Shown: positions 1 to 11,271 of the stretch, piece after piece
How the letters are laid out: every line of letters starts with the position of its first letter
Position numbering within the stretch: the stretch's first letter is position 1
NCBI RefSeq assembly: GCF_031769215.1
Contig: NW_026782230.1
Coordinates: 186,001 to 250,000, forward strand
Direction: 5' to 3'
Length of the DNA: 64,000 bases
From: Ylistrum balloti
Lineage: Eukaryota
Made by a program: the position numbers and the translations under genes
The notes under the pieces: model-generated
Told to the model about the DNA's origin: nothing
Seen by the model: only the letters and a program-made list of their open reading frames with translations
Databases searched by the model: none

Positions 1-32
<32 letters not shown>
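1..32. repeat. (AC)n microsatellite, cut by the window edge
   Basis: 16 AC units visible. Confidence 0.95.
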
Positions 33-38
<6 letters not shown>

Positions 39-1526
39 TTTACACGGACAACTATGTAAAAGGAGAATAAGACCAGGTGTTTCAGAAGTGAAAGCGTCTT
101 CTCTTCCTTTGACCAAACTACCATATAAACCTTGGTTAATATGGTAAACTTGGTAAGAAATGTCACGTTTCCAAATCAGAATAAGGTATACAACGGAACC
201 ACCAGGCTTACTTATGTCCAACTTCATATCACACAAGGTAAAAGAATATTTCCCAATAAGATCATTGTGACAACCATACCCCCCCTCTCCCATAATCTGT
301 ATCATTCCGTACCCTCGCATCCCTGTGCTTTGATGTGTTTATCTGACATTTGTGAGCATCTGACAGGGAAATCGTGATACTGAGAACAAGATATTTAAAA
401 TCGACATGTAAACACTATTAGTTGTGGAAACATAGTTAGTATATCAAATGTTGTTAGTGCCTCAGTCATTCTATTGAGAACGTCACATTGATTTGATTAG
501 TTTGTTCTCTTTATTTTCCCAGTGAAACACAATGGCATGTAAATCTACATTTTTTCTATTTTACCAACATCGTCAGAGCGTGGTTTGATTATAAAATATT
601 ATAGGCATGTAAATGTTCATATCATAATCATCATAATAGCTATCTGCTCGCTTTAACATTTCCCGACACAACAATCCCGTGTGTTGACTTTTCTGAGGAA
701 CTGATGTTATAGAGTTTATGTTGGCCGTTTTCGTCAGTAGTCTGATGTATTTACTTGTGTTATTGAATTTCGTGGAACTTTTCTTTGATTTCGTTAGTTT
801 GCAGTGCTAACATTCAAGAAATTATGCACCACGGGACTACGGGGAATATGCTATAATTCCTTTTGATAAAGGGTATTCGTGTAGACCCCTTTCATCCTCG
901 TGTCCGACCATATCCGTGGTAATGGCTACTTCTATTGTTGATCAAGACAAAGCTACAGCAAACAGGGAGAAAATTAATCTGTTGTAGAAGGAACCTGAAA
1001 CATGTATAAAATTCCAGTATATCGCCATACATAAACTATCCAGCGTGCGATTTACGCACGTGCTGTAAGTATACCGATAGGATGCACGTGCTGTGTATTA
1101 CCGTTATGATGTACCAATGTCATAGATCAGAAACAAAAGCGCGATGTTTGTGATTTGTGCCGTGGTAACTCCCCGGACATTCTGACATTTTGAGGAGATA
1201 TATGTCCGATGTGGGAGTTGAGAAGGCTCCCATTTCTACCGATCAATGTTTGCTGGCACCGAACCCATGGGTACAGTAACACACAATACGGAGGCCGGAT
1301 AATTAGAAGGTTTGGTCGAGCACTTGCCTATCTACCAGGCTTTCATCAATGAAGTCTGTGGCCGGTGATAAAATCCCGGTACACCGGCAGTGTTTATGTC
1401 GATCTGTTTCCATTGCTTCAAGTACACACCTATAAGTCCACCCAAATCAAAAATCTATAAAAGACACACGGGTGTAGACTACAAATCCAGCGTTATATTC
1501 GGTAGAGCCAAGCAATAAATTAAACT

Positions 1527-1615
1527 GCATCATACAGCTGTTTCGTCCTTCTAGGACTAGTCAGTGATGCTACATCATACAGTTGTTTCGTCCTTCTAGG
1601 ACTAGTCAGTGATGG
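1527..1615 (-). ncRNA. Tandem pair of minimal hammerhead motifs, both with core substitution CUGACUA (G8U)
   Basis: Minus strand 1570..1527 reads GCATCA CTGACTA GTCC TAGAA GGAC GAAA CAGCTG TA TGATGC. A second copy lies at 1615..1572 (stem III CAACTG). Same family as 22610. Confidence 0.75.
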
Positions 1616-2133
1616 TAAGGCCCTAAATTTCGAGGTTTAGGAAGCGACTTGGGTAAGAAAAGTACAACAAATCTAGTCAGTTTCGCTTATCCCACAAAGA
1701 TGATGTTGTTTAAAGGTGTGTTAAAGTATTGAGTAATTACTGACACCTTATTTTAATTTTTTCACCCCGCAGAGAAATGCTTTCAACTGAATAAGACCAC
1801 CGCAGTTTTGAAAGGTACTGATAATTTAATTTGACACATTTCAATATAACTTATTGTGGAAAGCCAAACCAGATTGTACATAAGCACTTTATCGGCAAAT
1901 TCATTTGTATTAAAGAAACAAAAAAAACTGACTTCGTGTACAGAAGTCTCTAACTTGATGGAAGGTCTATGATTTTAGTCAAGAGACGGGTGTACCCGGT
2001 AATTAAATTACAAGTGTCCCTTCCGTCAAACCCTTCCGGAGCAACAGACCACGCCTTATGTATGTTGAAGGGCTCATTTTTTTTTCTTTTGTTATGATTA
2101 TTCTCCGGCTCCTACTGTTTTCCATATTCACGT

Positions 2134-3790
2134 TTACTGATGTTTTGGTATCTCCCTGTTAACTGATGTTTTGGTGTGTCCCTGTTAACTAATATGTTTG
2201 TGTCTCCCTGTTAACTGATGTTTTGGTATATCCTTGTTTTCTGATGTTTTTGGTAACTACCTGTTAAGGATTGTTTCGATATCTCCCTGTTAACTGATTT
2301 TTTGGTGTCTCCCTGTTAACTGACGTTTTGGTATCTCCCTGTTAACTGATGTTTTGGTATCTCCCTGTTTTCTGATGTTTTTGTGTCTCCCTGTTAACTG
2401 ATGTTTTGGTGTCTACCTGTTAAGTGATGGTTTGGTGTCTCCCTGTTAACTGATGTTTTGACGCCTCTCTGTTAACGGCTGTTTCGGTTTCTCCCTGTTA
2501 ACTGATTTTTTGGTGTCTCCCTGTTAACTGATGTTTTGGTGTCTCCCTGTTAACTGATTTTTGGTGTCTCCCTGTTAACTGATGTTTTGGTATCTCCTTT
2601 TTGACTGATGTTTTGGTGTCTCCCTGTTAACTGATTTTTGGTGTCTCCCTGTTAACTGATATTTTGTTATCTCCCTGTTAACTGATGTTTTGTGATCTCC
2701 CTGTTAACTGATGTTTTGGCATCTCTCTGTTGACTGATGTTTTGGTATCTCCCTGTTAACGGCTGTTTCAGTATCTCCATGTTAACTGATTTTTTGGTGT
2801 CTCCCTGTTAACTGATGTTTTGGTATCTCCTTGTTAACTGATGATTTGGTGTCTCCCTGTTAACTGATGGTTTGGTGTCTCCTTGTTAACTGATGTTTTG
2901 TGATCTCCCTGTTAACTGATTTTTAGGTGTCTTCCTGTTAACTGATGTTTTGGTGTCTCCCAGTTAACTGACATTTTGGTGTCTCCCTGTTAACTGATGT
3001 TTTGCTGTCTCCATGTTAACTGATGGTTTGGTGTCTCCCTGTTAATCGATGTTTTGGTATCTCCCTATTAACTGATTTTGGTGTCTCCCTGTTAACTAAT
3101 GGTTTGATGTGGCCCTGTTAACTGTTGTTTTGGTGTCTCCCTGTTAACTGATGTTTTGGTATCTCCCTGTTTTCTGATATTTTGGTGTCTCCCTGTTAAC
3201 TGGTGTTTTGGTGTCTCCCTGTTAACTGATGTTTTGGTATTTCCCTGTTAACTGATGGTTTGGTATTTCCCTGTTAACTGATGGTTTGGTGTCTCCCTGT
3301 TAACTGATGTTTTGGTATCTCCCTGTTAACTGAAGTTTTGGTGTCTCCCTGTGAACTGATGTTTTGTTATCTCCCTGTTAACTGATGTTTTGGTGTCTCC
3401 TTGGTAACTAATATTTTGGTATCTCCCTGTTTTCTGATATTTTGGTGTCTCCCTGTTAACTGGTGTTTTGATGTCTCCCTGGTAACTAATGTTTTGGTAT
3501 CTCCCTGTTAACTGATGTTTTGATATCTCCCTGTTAACTGATGTTTTGGTATCCTCCTGTTAACTGATGTTTTGTTATTACCTTGTTAACTGATATTTTT
3601 GTGTCTCCATGTTAACAGATGTTTTGGCGTCTCCCTGTTATCTGATGTTTTGGTGTATTGCCCCTTTTTGGCTGTTTTGTTTGATGTCTCCTGGTTTACT
3701 ACCGTTTTGATGTCTCCTTTTACTGCAGCTTGTGTCTCCTTACTGCCTATTATTTTAATGTCGCCACTATTTCTGTTGGTTATGAGACCT
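2134..3790. repeat. 26-bp minisatellite (GTCTCCCTGTTAACTGATGTTTTGGT), ~60 copies
   Basis: Direct tandem units, degenerating beyond ~3600. Confidence 0.95.
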
Positions 3791-4026
3791 TTTGACACAA
3801 GAGAGAATTCTACATTAATCCTTCCCAATGCTTTCATTCAATGTACTCTTCGTTCAGATATAGCAATTAAAAGAGATGTATCTTGAGACATCAGTTAATA
3901 ATAGGATATTTTGCTGCTAAAACCAAAGATGTCTGTCGACTAACACGTGTTTATTGGCCAATGTTTGATACTATGTCATTGATATCAGGTTGCTCTTCTA
4001 TTTCTGAGAGGAAGAACTTATAACTA

Positions 4027-4371
4027 TACGAGGGATGATTGATAAGTTGTGAGCCTCATATTTAAGGGTTTGACTCTTGGTGGACATATTGCATTATCTA
4101 TCAACATTTGTCAAGTTTGTAAAGTTCTCAATGCCACTTTTAAAGAAATATCGATATCCTTAGGTGCTAACCCTTTCTTAGGCAAATATTGAATCACTTC
4201 TCTTTCAGCGATTTTGTCCATTTTGCAAAAGTCATTTGTCTTGTGTACTTTAGAGTGCTACCTCTTCGACATAAACTGACCAAATGACACCAGTCTTCGG
4301 GTACACATCCTTAAGCACTCGGGGAACAGTAGAGCTGATAAATGACATCCCTGCATCAATCAGTCCTCGTG
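4027..4371 (-). mobile_element. Internally deleted, non-autonomous Tc1/Mariner (mariner-type) element
   Basis: Left end TACGAGGGATGATTGAT; degenerate inverted copy ATCAATCAGTCCTCGTG at the right end. Minus-strand ATG at 4221 reads MDKIAEREVIQYLPKKGLAPKDI (mariner transposase N-terminus), fused by deletion and frameshift to FFKSGIE (mariner C-terminal FF..GI..L..RW region). Confidence 0.75.
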
Positions 4372-5257
4372 TTTTTAAATATTCCGATACTAATTTTATT
4401 TATTTTATGTGTCTGTCACTTTGTTAACACTGTGGGTATATCGGCGTTGGCGGTATCCGTGCTGTATTATTGGGTTGGTAAAGTATGATCTATACCAGGC
4501 GGTCATGAGGCACAGCACTCTGTTACGTGCCAGAAAATCCTTCTATGAAGATTGAGTAATGAATAAGATGATGTGGTTGACGATATCGTTTGATACGCAA
4601 GATACAGAAGACTATCGAATTGATTTGTATGATAGACTATTCAAATGAACCACATTTTCTATCACATTATTAAATCAGTTTAATTATGTAGTGATGTAAT
4701 AACGTTTACATTCTTCTGAGCGCACGTGTGTACAAATATAGACGTAAACATGCTATCTTATTCATCAAAATTCCTAATTGTACATGTTCTCATGTACATA
4801 CATAATCGTAAACATATGAATAAGTAATTATTTTCGGATAAATAAATAAATATAAGCACGAAAAAAAATTACTCCTAGCACATCTATCCATTATCGATGT
4901 ATACGCCTAATGATGGTTACGAGTATATATATATATATATATAACTGTTTACATAAAAAAATCATTGTATACAGGCAAACACAAATATGCATGTAATTTT
5001 TTAATTGTATATATATGTGGGTATTCTGGGTATAACATATGTTAAATAATTTTTGTTTGCGTGAAAGAACAAAATTGTGTGCGCATTCATGTGTCGTTGA
5101 TTGCATATTTATAAATACTGAAGTTTCAGAGTGATCAATATTTTATCACACGGCTCTTTATGTGGAATTTTAAGCGCGTGAGGCCAAACTTTCTAGTCAT
5201 TAATCAACGCAGTCATTAATTGCCTCTTTATCCATATCTAACATACATAGAGTTGAT

Positions 5258-5760
5258 TTATTTTCTGTCTATGTGTCTCCAATGACTACAAACCCTAATT
5301 ATTATAATAATTTTTTTCTGTTTCACTTTCTGAATGACCCGCCTGTCCAATGGTAGTGCCCGTACCCAGTAAATAGATCCCGCAAATTCCTCTTTCTGTT
5401 GTTTTTTTCGTTTCTTCCTCAAGGCTGTTTTCCTTTTCTTTTGTAAGGTCATCATTTCTTATCCATACTCTAGAATGTTTTCAGTTGGTTGTTTTTTTCA
5501 TATTCTGAATGTTCCTGAATACTGTTTTCTTTGTTTCTAGTGAGTCCAAAGTATCAAGAGCAGGCCTCTCTATTTACGTTTTGTGATTTTCCAAGTCTTA
5601 TCTTGTTGACCCTCTCGTTACCGACAGATGATACTCCAAATGTTGGTAAGAATTTCCGTATTTCTTCTTTGTCCGAGTCCAAGCGATCCTTTCCATTTTT
5701 GGTTGAAGTTCCGGGATCCAACTTGTTTTCTGATTGTTTTCTTTATTGTTTATCATTTTA
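5258..5760 (-). pseudogene. Degraded ORF1 C-terminal fragment of a CR1/L2-type non-LTR retrotransposon
   Basis: Hand translation gives ...DSDKEEIRKFLPTFGVSSVGNERVNKIRLGKSQNVNR (stops follow), then ...KEEFAGSIYWVRALPLDRRVIQKVKQKK. This resembles the RLGK and SG..YRVRGPPW.R.I.K motifs of invertebrate CR1/L2 ORF1p as I recall them. A coiled-coil-like EKIENDVKEMVKELK near 5900-5950 may extend it. Confidence 0.5.
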
Positions 5761-6351
5761 TCTGTGTACGACAGTCGTGTTGCTTAGATAATTTTACATG
5801 TAGTAAGTAGTCTGTTGATCTGTACTCTACAGCATTTTCATTTAGGATTTACCTCATTTCAAATTGAACAAACACTCGAGGTGACTGATGCGGTTTTTCA
5901 ACTCCTTTACCATTTCTTTTACATCGTTTTCTATTTTCTCCGTCTACAATGATGGTCTTCTCAACCACTTGCCTATATCGCATGAAATCCAAGTTTCATG
6001 CAATTTTGAAGTCCCAATCTTCTATTTCAGTATATTTCCGAGAAACACAACGACCGTCTCCATGTCGTGACGTCACAATCCTCTTATATGGTGATGTCTA
6101 TTTATTTAATGATGTATGATTGTACAGGTGAAATTGTATACTTGTATATACGTAAATGTACGTATTCATAAAAGTACAAAAGTATACATAACATACATTT
6201 CATCGTATAGATATAGATTAAGAGGTGTATATGTTGAAGCAGATTGACATGTGTGTTTCTATTGTCAGACATGAATAGCTGTTCTTGTGTGACAGACGAA
6301 CGCCCTAGGTTTGGATAATTTACATCATAGCTGGCAGTCATCTTTTTTCCT

Positions 6352-7030
6352 ACTACCAAGTGTCGTTTGATATGTCAGAGATACTACCAAGTGTCGTCCG
6401 ATATGTCAGAGACATTACTATGTGTCGTCTGATATGTCAGAGATACTACCAAGTGTCTTCTGATATGTCAGAGATACTATCAAGTGTAGTTTGATATGTC
6501 AGGGATACTAGCAAGTGTCGTCTGATATGTCACAGATACTACCAAGTGTCTTCTGATATGTCACAGATACTACCAAGTGTCGCCTGATATGTCAGAGAAA
6601 CTACCAAGTTTCGTATGATATGTCAGATATACAGCCAGGTGTCGTCTGATATGTCAGAGAAATTACCAGGTGTCGTCTGATATGTCAGAGATACTAACAG
6701 GTGTCGTCTGATATGTCAGATATACTACCAAATGTCTTCTGATATGTCAGAGATACTAACCAAGTGTCGTCTGATATGTCAGAGATACAACCAGGTGTCG
6801 TTTGATATGTCAGAGATACAACCAAGTGTCGTTTGATATGTCAGAGATACAACCAAGTGTATTCTGATATGTCAGAGATACTACCAAGTGTCGTCTGATA
6901 TGTCAGAGATACAACCAGGTGTCGTCTGATATGTCAGAGATACTAACAGGTGTCGTCTGATATGTCAGAGATACAACCAGGTGTCGTCTGATATGTCAGA
7001 GATACTACCAGGTGCCTTTTGATATGTCCG
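6352..7030. repeat. 31-bp minisatellite (CTACCAAGTGTCGTCTGATATGTCAGAGATA), ~22 copies
   Basis: Direct tandem units; internal inverted repeat TCTGA-TATG-TCAGA. Confidence 0.95.
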
Positions 7031-7721
7031 AACGTGTACATTACGTCGTGTTACAATTCCCACAGAATAGGCAGGTCTGAATTCATTTTTGCCAGAAATG
7101 AAAACGCCAAAGATTCTTATATACATCAACTGTAGTAGTTATACATACAGGTACTTTAATCAATAAACAACAATGTAATAATTATGTAAAACAAAATTTT
7201 AAAAACCGAACGAGTGACGTCACTTCCGGTTGATTGAAGAACAGCGATATAAAATTAAAATACGATATTTAGATGTGTATACAAAGATAGATCATTACAA
7301 TTGAAATAGTTTCGGGAATAAACAACAATGGGTTTATAAATAAAATTAGGGACCTCTAGCACATCTCGACACCATTGACAAGTAAAACATCTTTGATAAT
7401 GAACAATTGACAGTACATGCAGTAAACATGGTCACTATATCATCAGTCAAACTCGATAGTAACTAAACATAAACTGTCACCTGGTAATTAATGTTACGTA
7501 TTTTATTGAAACTACTGATGTAATTCCCCAGTACCTCATTTTATAGAAATGTGTTTAGATGTGTTCTAAAGGATTTATTTCACAATTTTGACAGAAACTG
7601 AACTTTGTATATTAATCGATCTTCATGTCCACAGTACCTGTAGATGTCTGGATTTTAAGAGCATAATAATCTGCCCGTAATTGTAGACTGCAAATTAATC
7701 ATAAATGTGGCAATAATGATC

Positions 7722-9977
7722 TCTGTATGTAATAAGTATTTATCTGTAACTGTGTATGTAATAATTCAGTAGAACGTATTTATCTGTAACTGTGTAATAA
7801 TTCACTAGAACGTTTTTATCTGTAACTGTGTAATAATTCACTAGAACGTATTTATCTGTAACTGTGTAATAATTCACTAGAACGTTTTTATCTGTAACTG
7901 TGTAATAATTCACTAAAACGTATTTATCTGTAACTGTGTATGTAATAATTCAGTAGAACGTATTTATCTGTAACTGTGTATGTAATAATTCAGTAGAACG
8001 TATTTATCTGTAACTGTGTGTGTAATAATTCACTAGAACTTATTTATCTGTAACTGTGTAATAATTCACTAGAACGTATTTATCTGTAACTGTGTAATAA
8101 TTCAGTAGAACGTATTTATCTGTAACTGTGTAATAATTCACTAGAACGTATTTATCTGTAACTGTGTAATAATTCACTAGAACGTATTTATCTGTAACTG
8201 TGTGTGTAATAATTCACTAGAACGTATTTATCTGTAACTGTGTAATAATTCACTAGAACGTATTTATCTGTAACTGTGTAATAATTCACTAGAGCGTATT
8301 TATCTGTAACTGTGTAATAATTCACTAGAACGTTTTTATCTGTAACTGTGTAATAATTCACTAGAACGTATTTATCTGTAACTGTGTAATAATTCAGTAG
8401 AACGTATTTATCTGTAACTGTGTAATAATTCAGTAGAACGTATTTATCTGTAACTGTGTAATAATTCACTAGAACGTATTTATCTGTAACTGTGTAATAA
8501 TTCAGTAGAACGTATTTATCTGTAACTGTGTAATAATTCACTAGAACGTATTTATCTGTAACTGTGTAATAATTCACTAGAACGTATTTATCTGTAACTG
8601 TGTAATAATTCAGTAGAACGTATTTATCTGTAACTGTGTAATAATTCACTAGAGCGTATTTATCTGTAACTGTGTAATAATTCACTAGAACGTATTTATC
8701 TGTAACTGTGTAATAATTCAGTAGAACGTATTTATCTGTAACTGTGTAATAATTCACTAGAACGTGTAATGATTCACTAGAACGTATTTATCTGTAACTG
8801 TGTAATAATTCACTAGAACGTATTTATCTGTAACTGTGTAATAATTCACTAGAACGTATTTATCTGTAACTGTGTGTGTAATAATTATGTAATAATTGTG
8901 TGTAATAATTCACTAGAACGTATTTATCTGTAACTGTATGTGTAATAATTCACTAGAACGTATTTATCTGTAACTGTGTAATAATTCACTAGAACGTAAT
9001 TATCTGTAACTGTATGTGTAATAATTCACTAGAACGTATTTATCTGTAACTGTGTAATAATTCACTAGAACGTATTTATCTGTAACTGTGTAATAATTCA
9101 CTAGAACGTATTTATCTGTAACTGTGTAATAATTCACTAGAACGTATTTATCTGTAACTGTGTAATAATTCAGTAGAACGTATTTATCTGTAACTGTGTA
9201 ATAATTCACTAGAACGTATTTATCTGTAACTGTGTAATAATTCAGTAGAACGTATTTATCTGTAACTGTGTAATAATTCATTAGAACGTATTTATCTGTA
9301 ACTGTGTAATAATTCACTAGAACGTATTTATCTGTAACTGTGTAATAATTCACTAGAACGTATTTATCTGTAACTGTGTAATAATTCACTAGAACGTATT
9401 TATCTGTAACTGTGTAATAATTAATTAGAACGTATTTATCTGTAACTGTGTAATAATTCACTAGAACGTATTTATCTGTAACTGTGTAATAATTCACTAG
9501 AACGTATTTATCTGTAACTGTATGTGTAATAATTCACTAGAACGTATTTATCTGTAACTGTGTAATAATTCACTAGAACGTATTTATCTGTAACTGTGTA
9601 TGTAATAATTCACTAGAACGTATTTATCTGTAACTGTATGTGTAATAATTCACTAGAACGTATTTATCTGTAACTGTGTAATAATTCACTAGAACGTATT
9701 TATCTGTAACTGTGTAATAATTCACTAGAACGTATTTATCTGTAACTGTGTAATAATTCACTAGAACGTATTTATCTGTAACTGTGTAATAATTAATTAG
9801 AACGTATTTATCTGTAACTGTGTAATAATTCACTAGAACGTATTTATCTGTAACTGTGTAATAATTCAGTAGAACGTATTTATCTGTAACTGTGTAATAA
9901 TTCAGTAGAACGTATTTATCTGTAACTGTGTAATAATTCACTAGAACGTATTTATCTGTAACTGTGTAATAATTAAT
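7722..9977. repeat. 36-bp minisatellite (TTTATCTGTAACTGTGTAATAATTCACTAGAACGTA), ~60 copies
   Basis: Highly homogeneous array about 1 kb downstream of the Lhx2/9 stop; it generates the spurious NYYTVTDKYVLV ORFs. Confidence 0.97.
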
Positions 9978-10806
9978 ATATCTATTATTTAGTTGAAATT
10001 GTAACTGGATAAGAAATTAATCAGATTTGTAACTTATAAAAATACTCTAGAAATTAGACAGAGAAAAAGACTAGTTGTATCCTTCATTATATATGAAAAT
10101 AAACAAGGTCTGTGAAGACGCTGTCAATATTTGCGTCCGAGTCTATTCAGAAGCGGTAGCTCTGACTACGAGACAAATATTCAAAACCAGATTTTCTACA
10201 TGGAAAATTATGAACATTTTCAAGCGAGTAAAAACAGAACTTTTGTAAAATGGTTATTTCTATTTCTGTCTTGCTATTTAAAAAAAGGTCCAACAACGAC
10301 GTTACAAATGTTGCTTTCTGTTTGATTTCACCATTAGTTCTACCCTATCCCTGTGTTGTTTTGGTCAGTATCTAACCAGACAAACAGCCTATAAATAGTG
10401 TTAAATGTTAAAAAGGCGTAATACTAAAGCAGATCAGTAGAATAGTTAGAGAATATCACAGACACATCTGATTTACACTTATCGTCCTTCACTATGGGTT
10501 TGGTAATAAGTGAGGTACAATGTATCAAGGAAACAGAAAGATTGTAAAATACACAGATTGACACCATTGCACACATAATGAAAACAAATATCATTTACTT
10601 ATAATATAATATCATTTTAGCACTATCACACCATATACCAATGTGGTCCAAAACATACCGCAGTATAGATAACACCATCTATTTCACGGTACTCAGAGCA
10701 CTCAAAGCCTTTTGCTTCAGATGAATTTGTCGACCAGAAGTTGTCGTACAGCTTCTATATGTGAACGTTCATTTTGGTCAAAGTATTTTATGATATCCGA
10801 TGTCTT

Positions 10807-10812
10807 TTTATT
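10807..10812 (-). terminator. Candidate polyadenylation signal (AATAAA) for Lhx2/9
   Basis: First AATAAA found on the minus strand after the stop codon (~170 nt downstream). No transcript evidence; the real 3' UTR may be longer. Confidence 0.3.
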
Positions 10813-10980
10813 CGAACTCGTCACACACATTTAGCCGAATTCCTTCTAAAACAGACTATCAACTGTTCAACACCAACAGAGCGTCAAGAACAAATTGCTT
10901 CAAACATTTTGATTCTGGCATTTTCTTTTGAACAATAAACGTATTGATTGTTTCGTTATTGAACACAAGTGATCGTTGAT

Positions 10981-11271
10981 CTAACTGATTGAATTAATGG
11001 AGTTTGTAAACAGATCTGATAAACTACTGCTTGAGTGGTCCGATTCCATATGGCTACTGTGCAGTTCTGATAACGAGGGGGACGAGCTGATGTCAGACAT
11101 AGCTGGGGAGCCGCTGTCAGTCATCTCGGATAGCGATTGGTTCTCTTTGGATTTCTCATCCTCGGGACTGTCTCCTGCTTGACTTCCGCCCTGACTTCCG
11201 CCCCCGCCAGGTTTGTCGTCCTGTTTGAGTACGTTCCTTCTGTACTTAGCTCTAGCGTTCTGGAACCAGAC
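10981..11271 (-). CDS. Lhx2/9: Lhx2/9 coding exon 5 (recognition helix and Ser-rich C-terminus)
   Basis: Absent from the ORF track because it has no start codon; translated by hand. ATTCTACAG|GTC TGG TTC CAG gives VWFQNARAKYRRNVLKQDDKPGGGGSQGGSQAGDSPEDEKSKENQSLSEMTDSGSPAMSDISSSPSLSELHSSHMESDHSSSSLSDLFTNSINSIS, then TAG at 10983-10981. Confidence 0.96.
   Translation of the reverse strand, partial: VWFQNARAKYRRNVLKQDDKPGGGGSQGGSQAGDSPEDEKSKENQSLSEMTDSGSPAMSDISSSPSLSELHSSHMESDHSSSSLSDLFTNSINSIS

Noticed and set aside
1260-1500. Possible Penelope reverse-transcriptase remnant next to the hammerhead pair (GVY...YRDFI...HRL)
   Set aside because: Needs several frameshifts and has stops; similarity is too weak to support by eye.
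3586-3886. Overlapping ORFs of 83 and 95 aa
   Set aside because: They lie in the decayed tail of the 26-bp satellite.
8188-9941. Three long ORFs of repeated NYYTVTDKYVLV
   Set aside because: They are translations of the 36-bp minisatellite (unit divisible by 3, one stop-free frame), broken by unit indels, with no splice context.
10997-11182. 61-aa plus-strand ORF
   Set aside because: Antisense shadow of Lhx2/9 exon 5.
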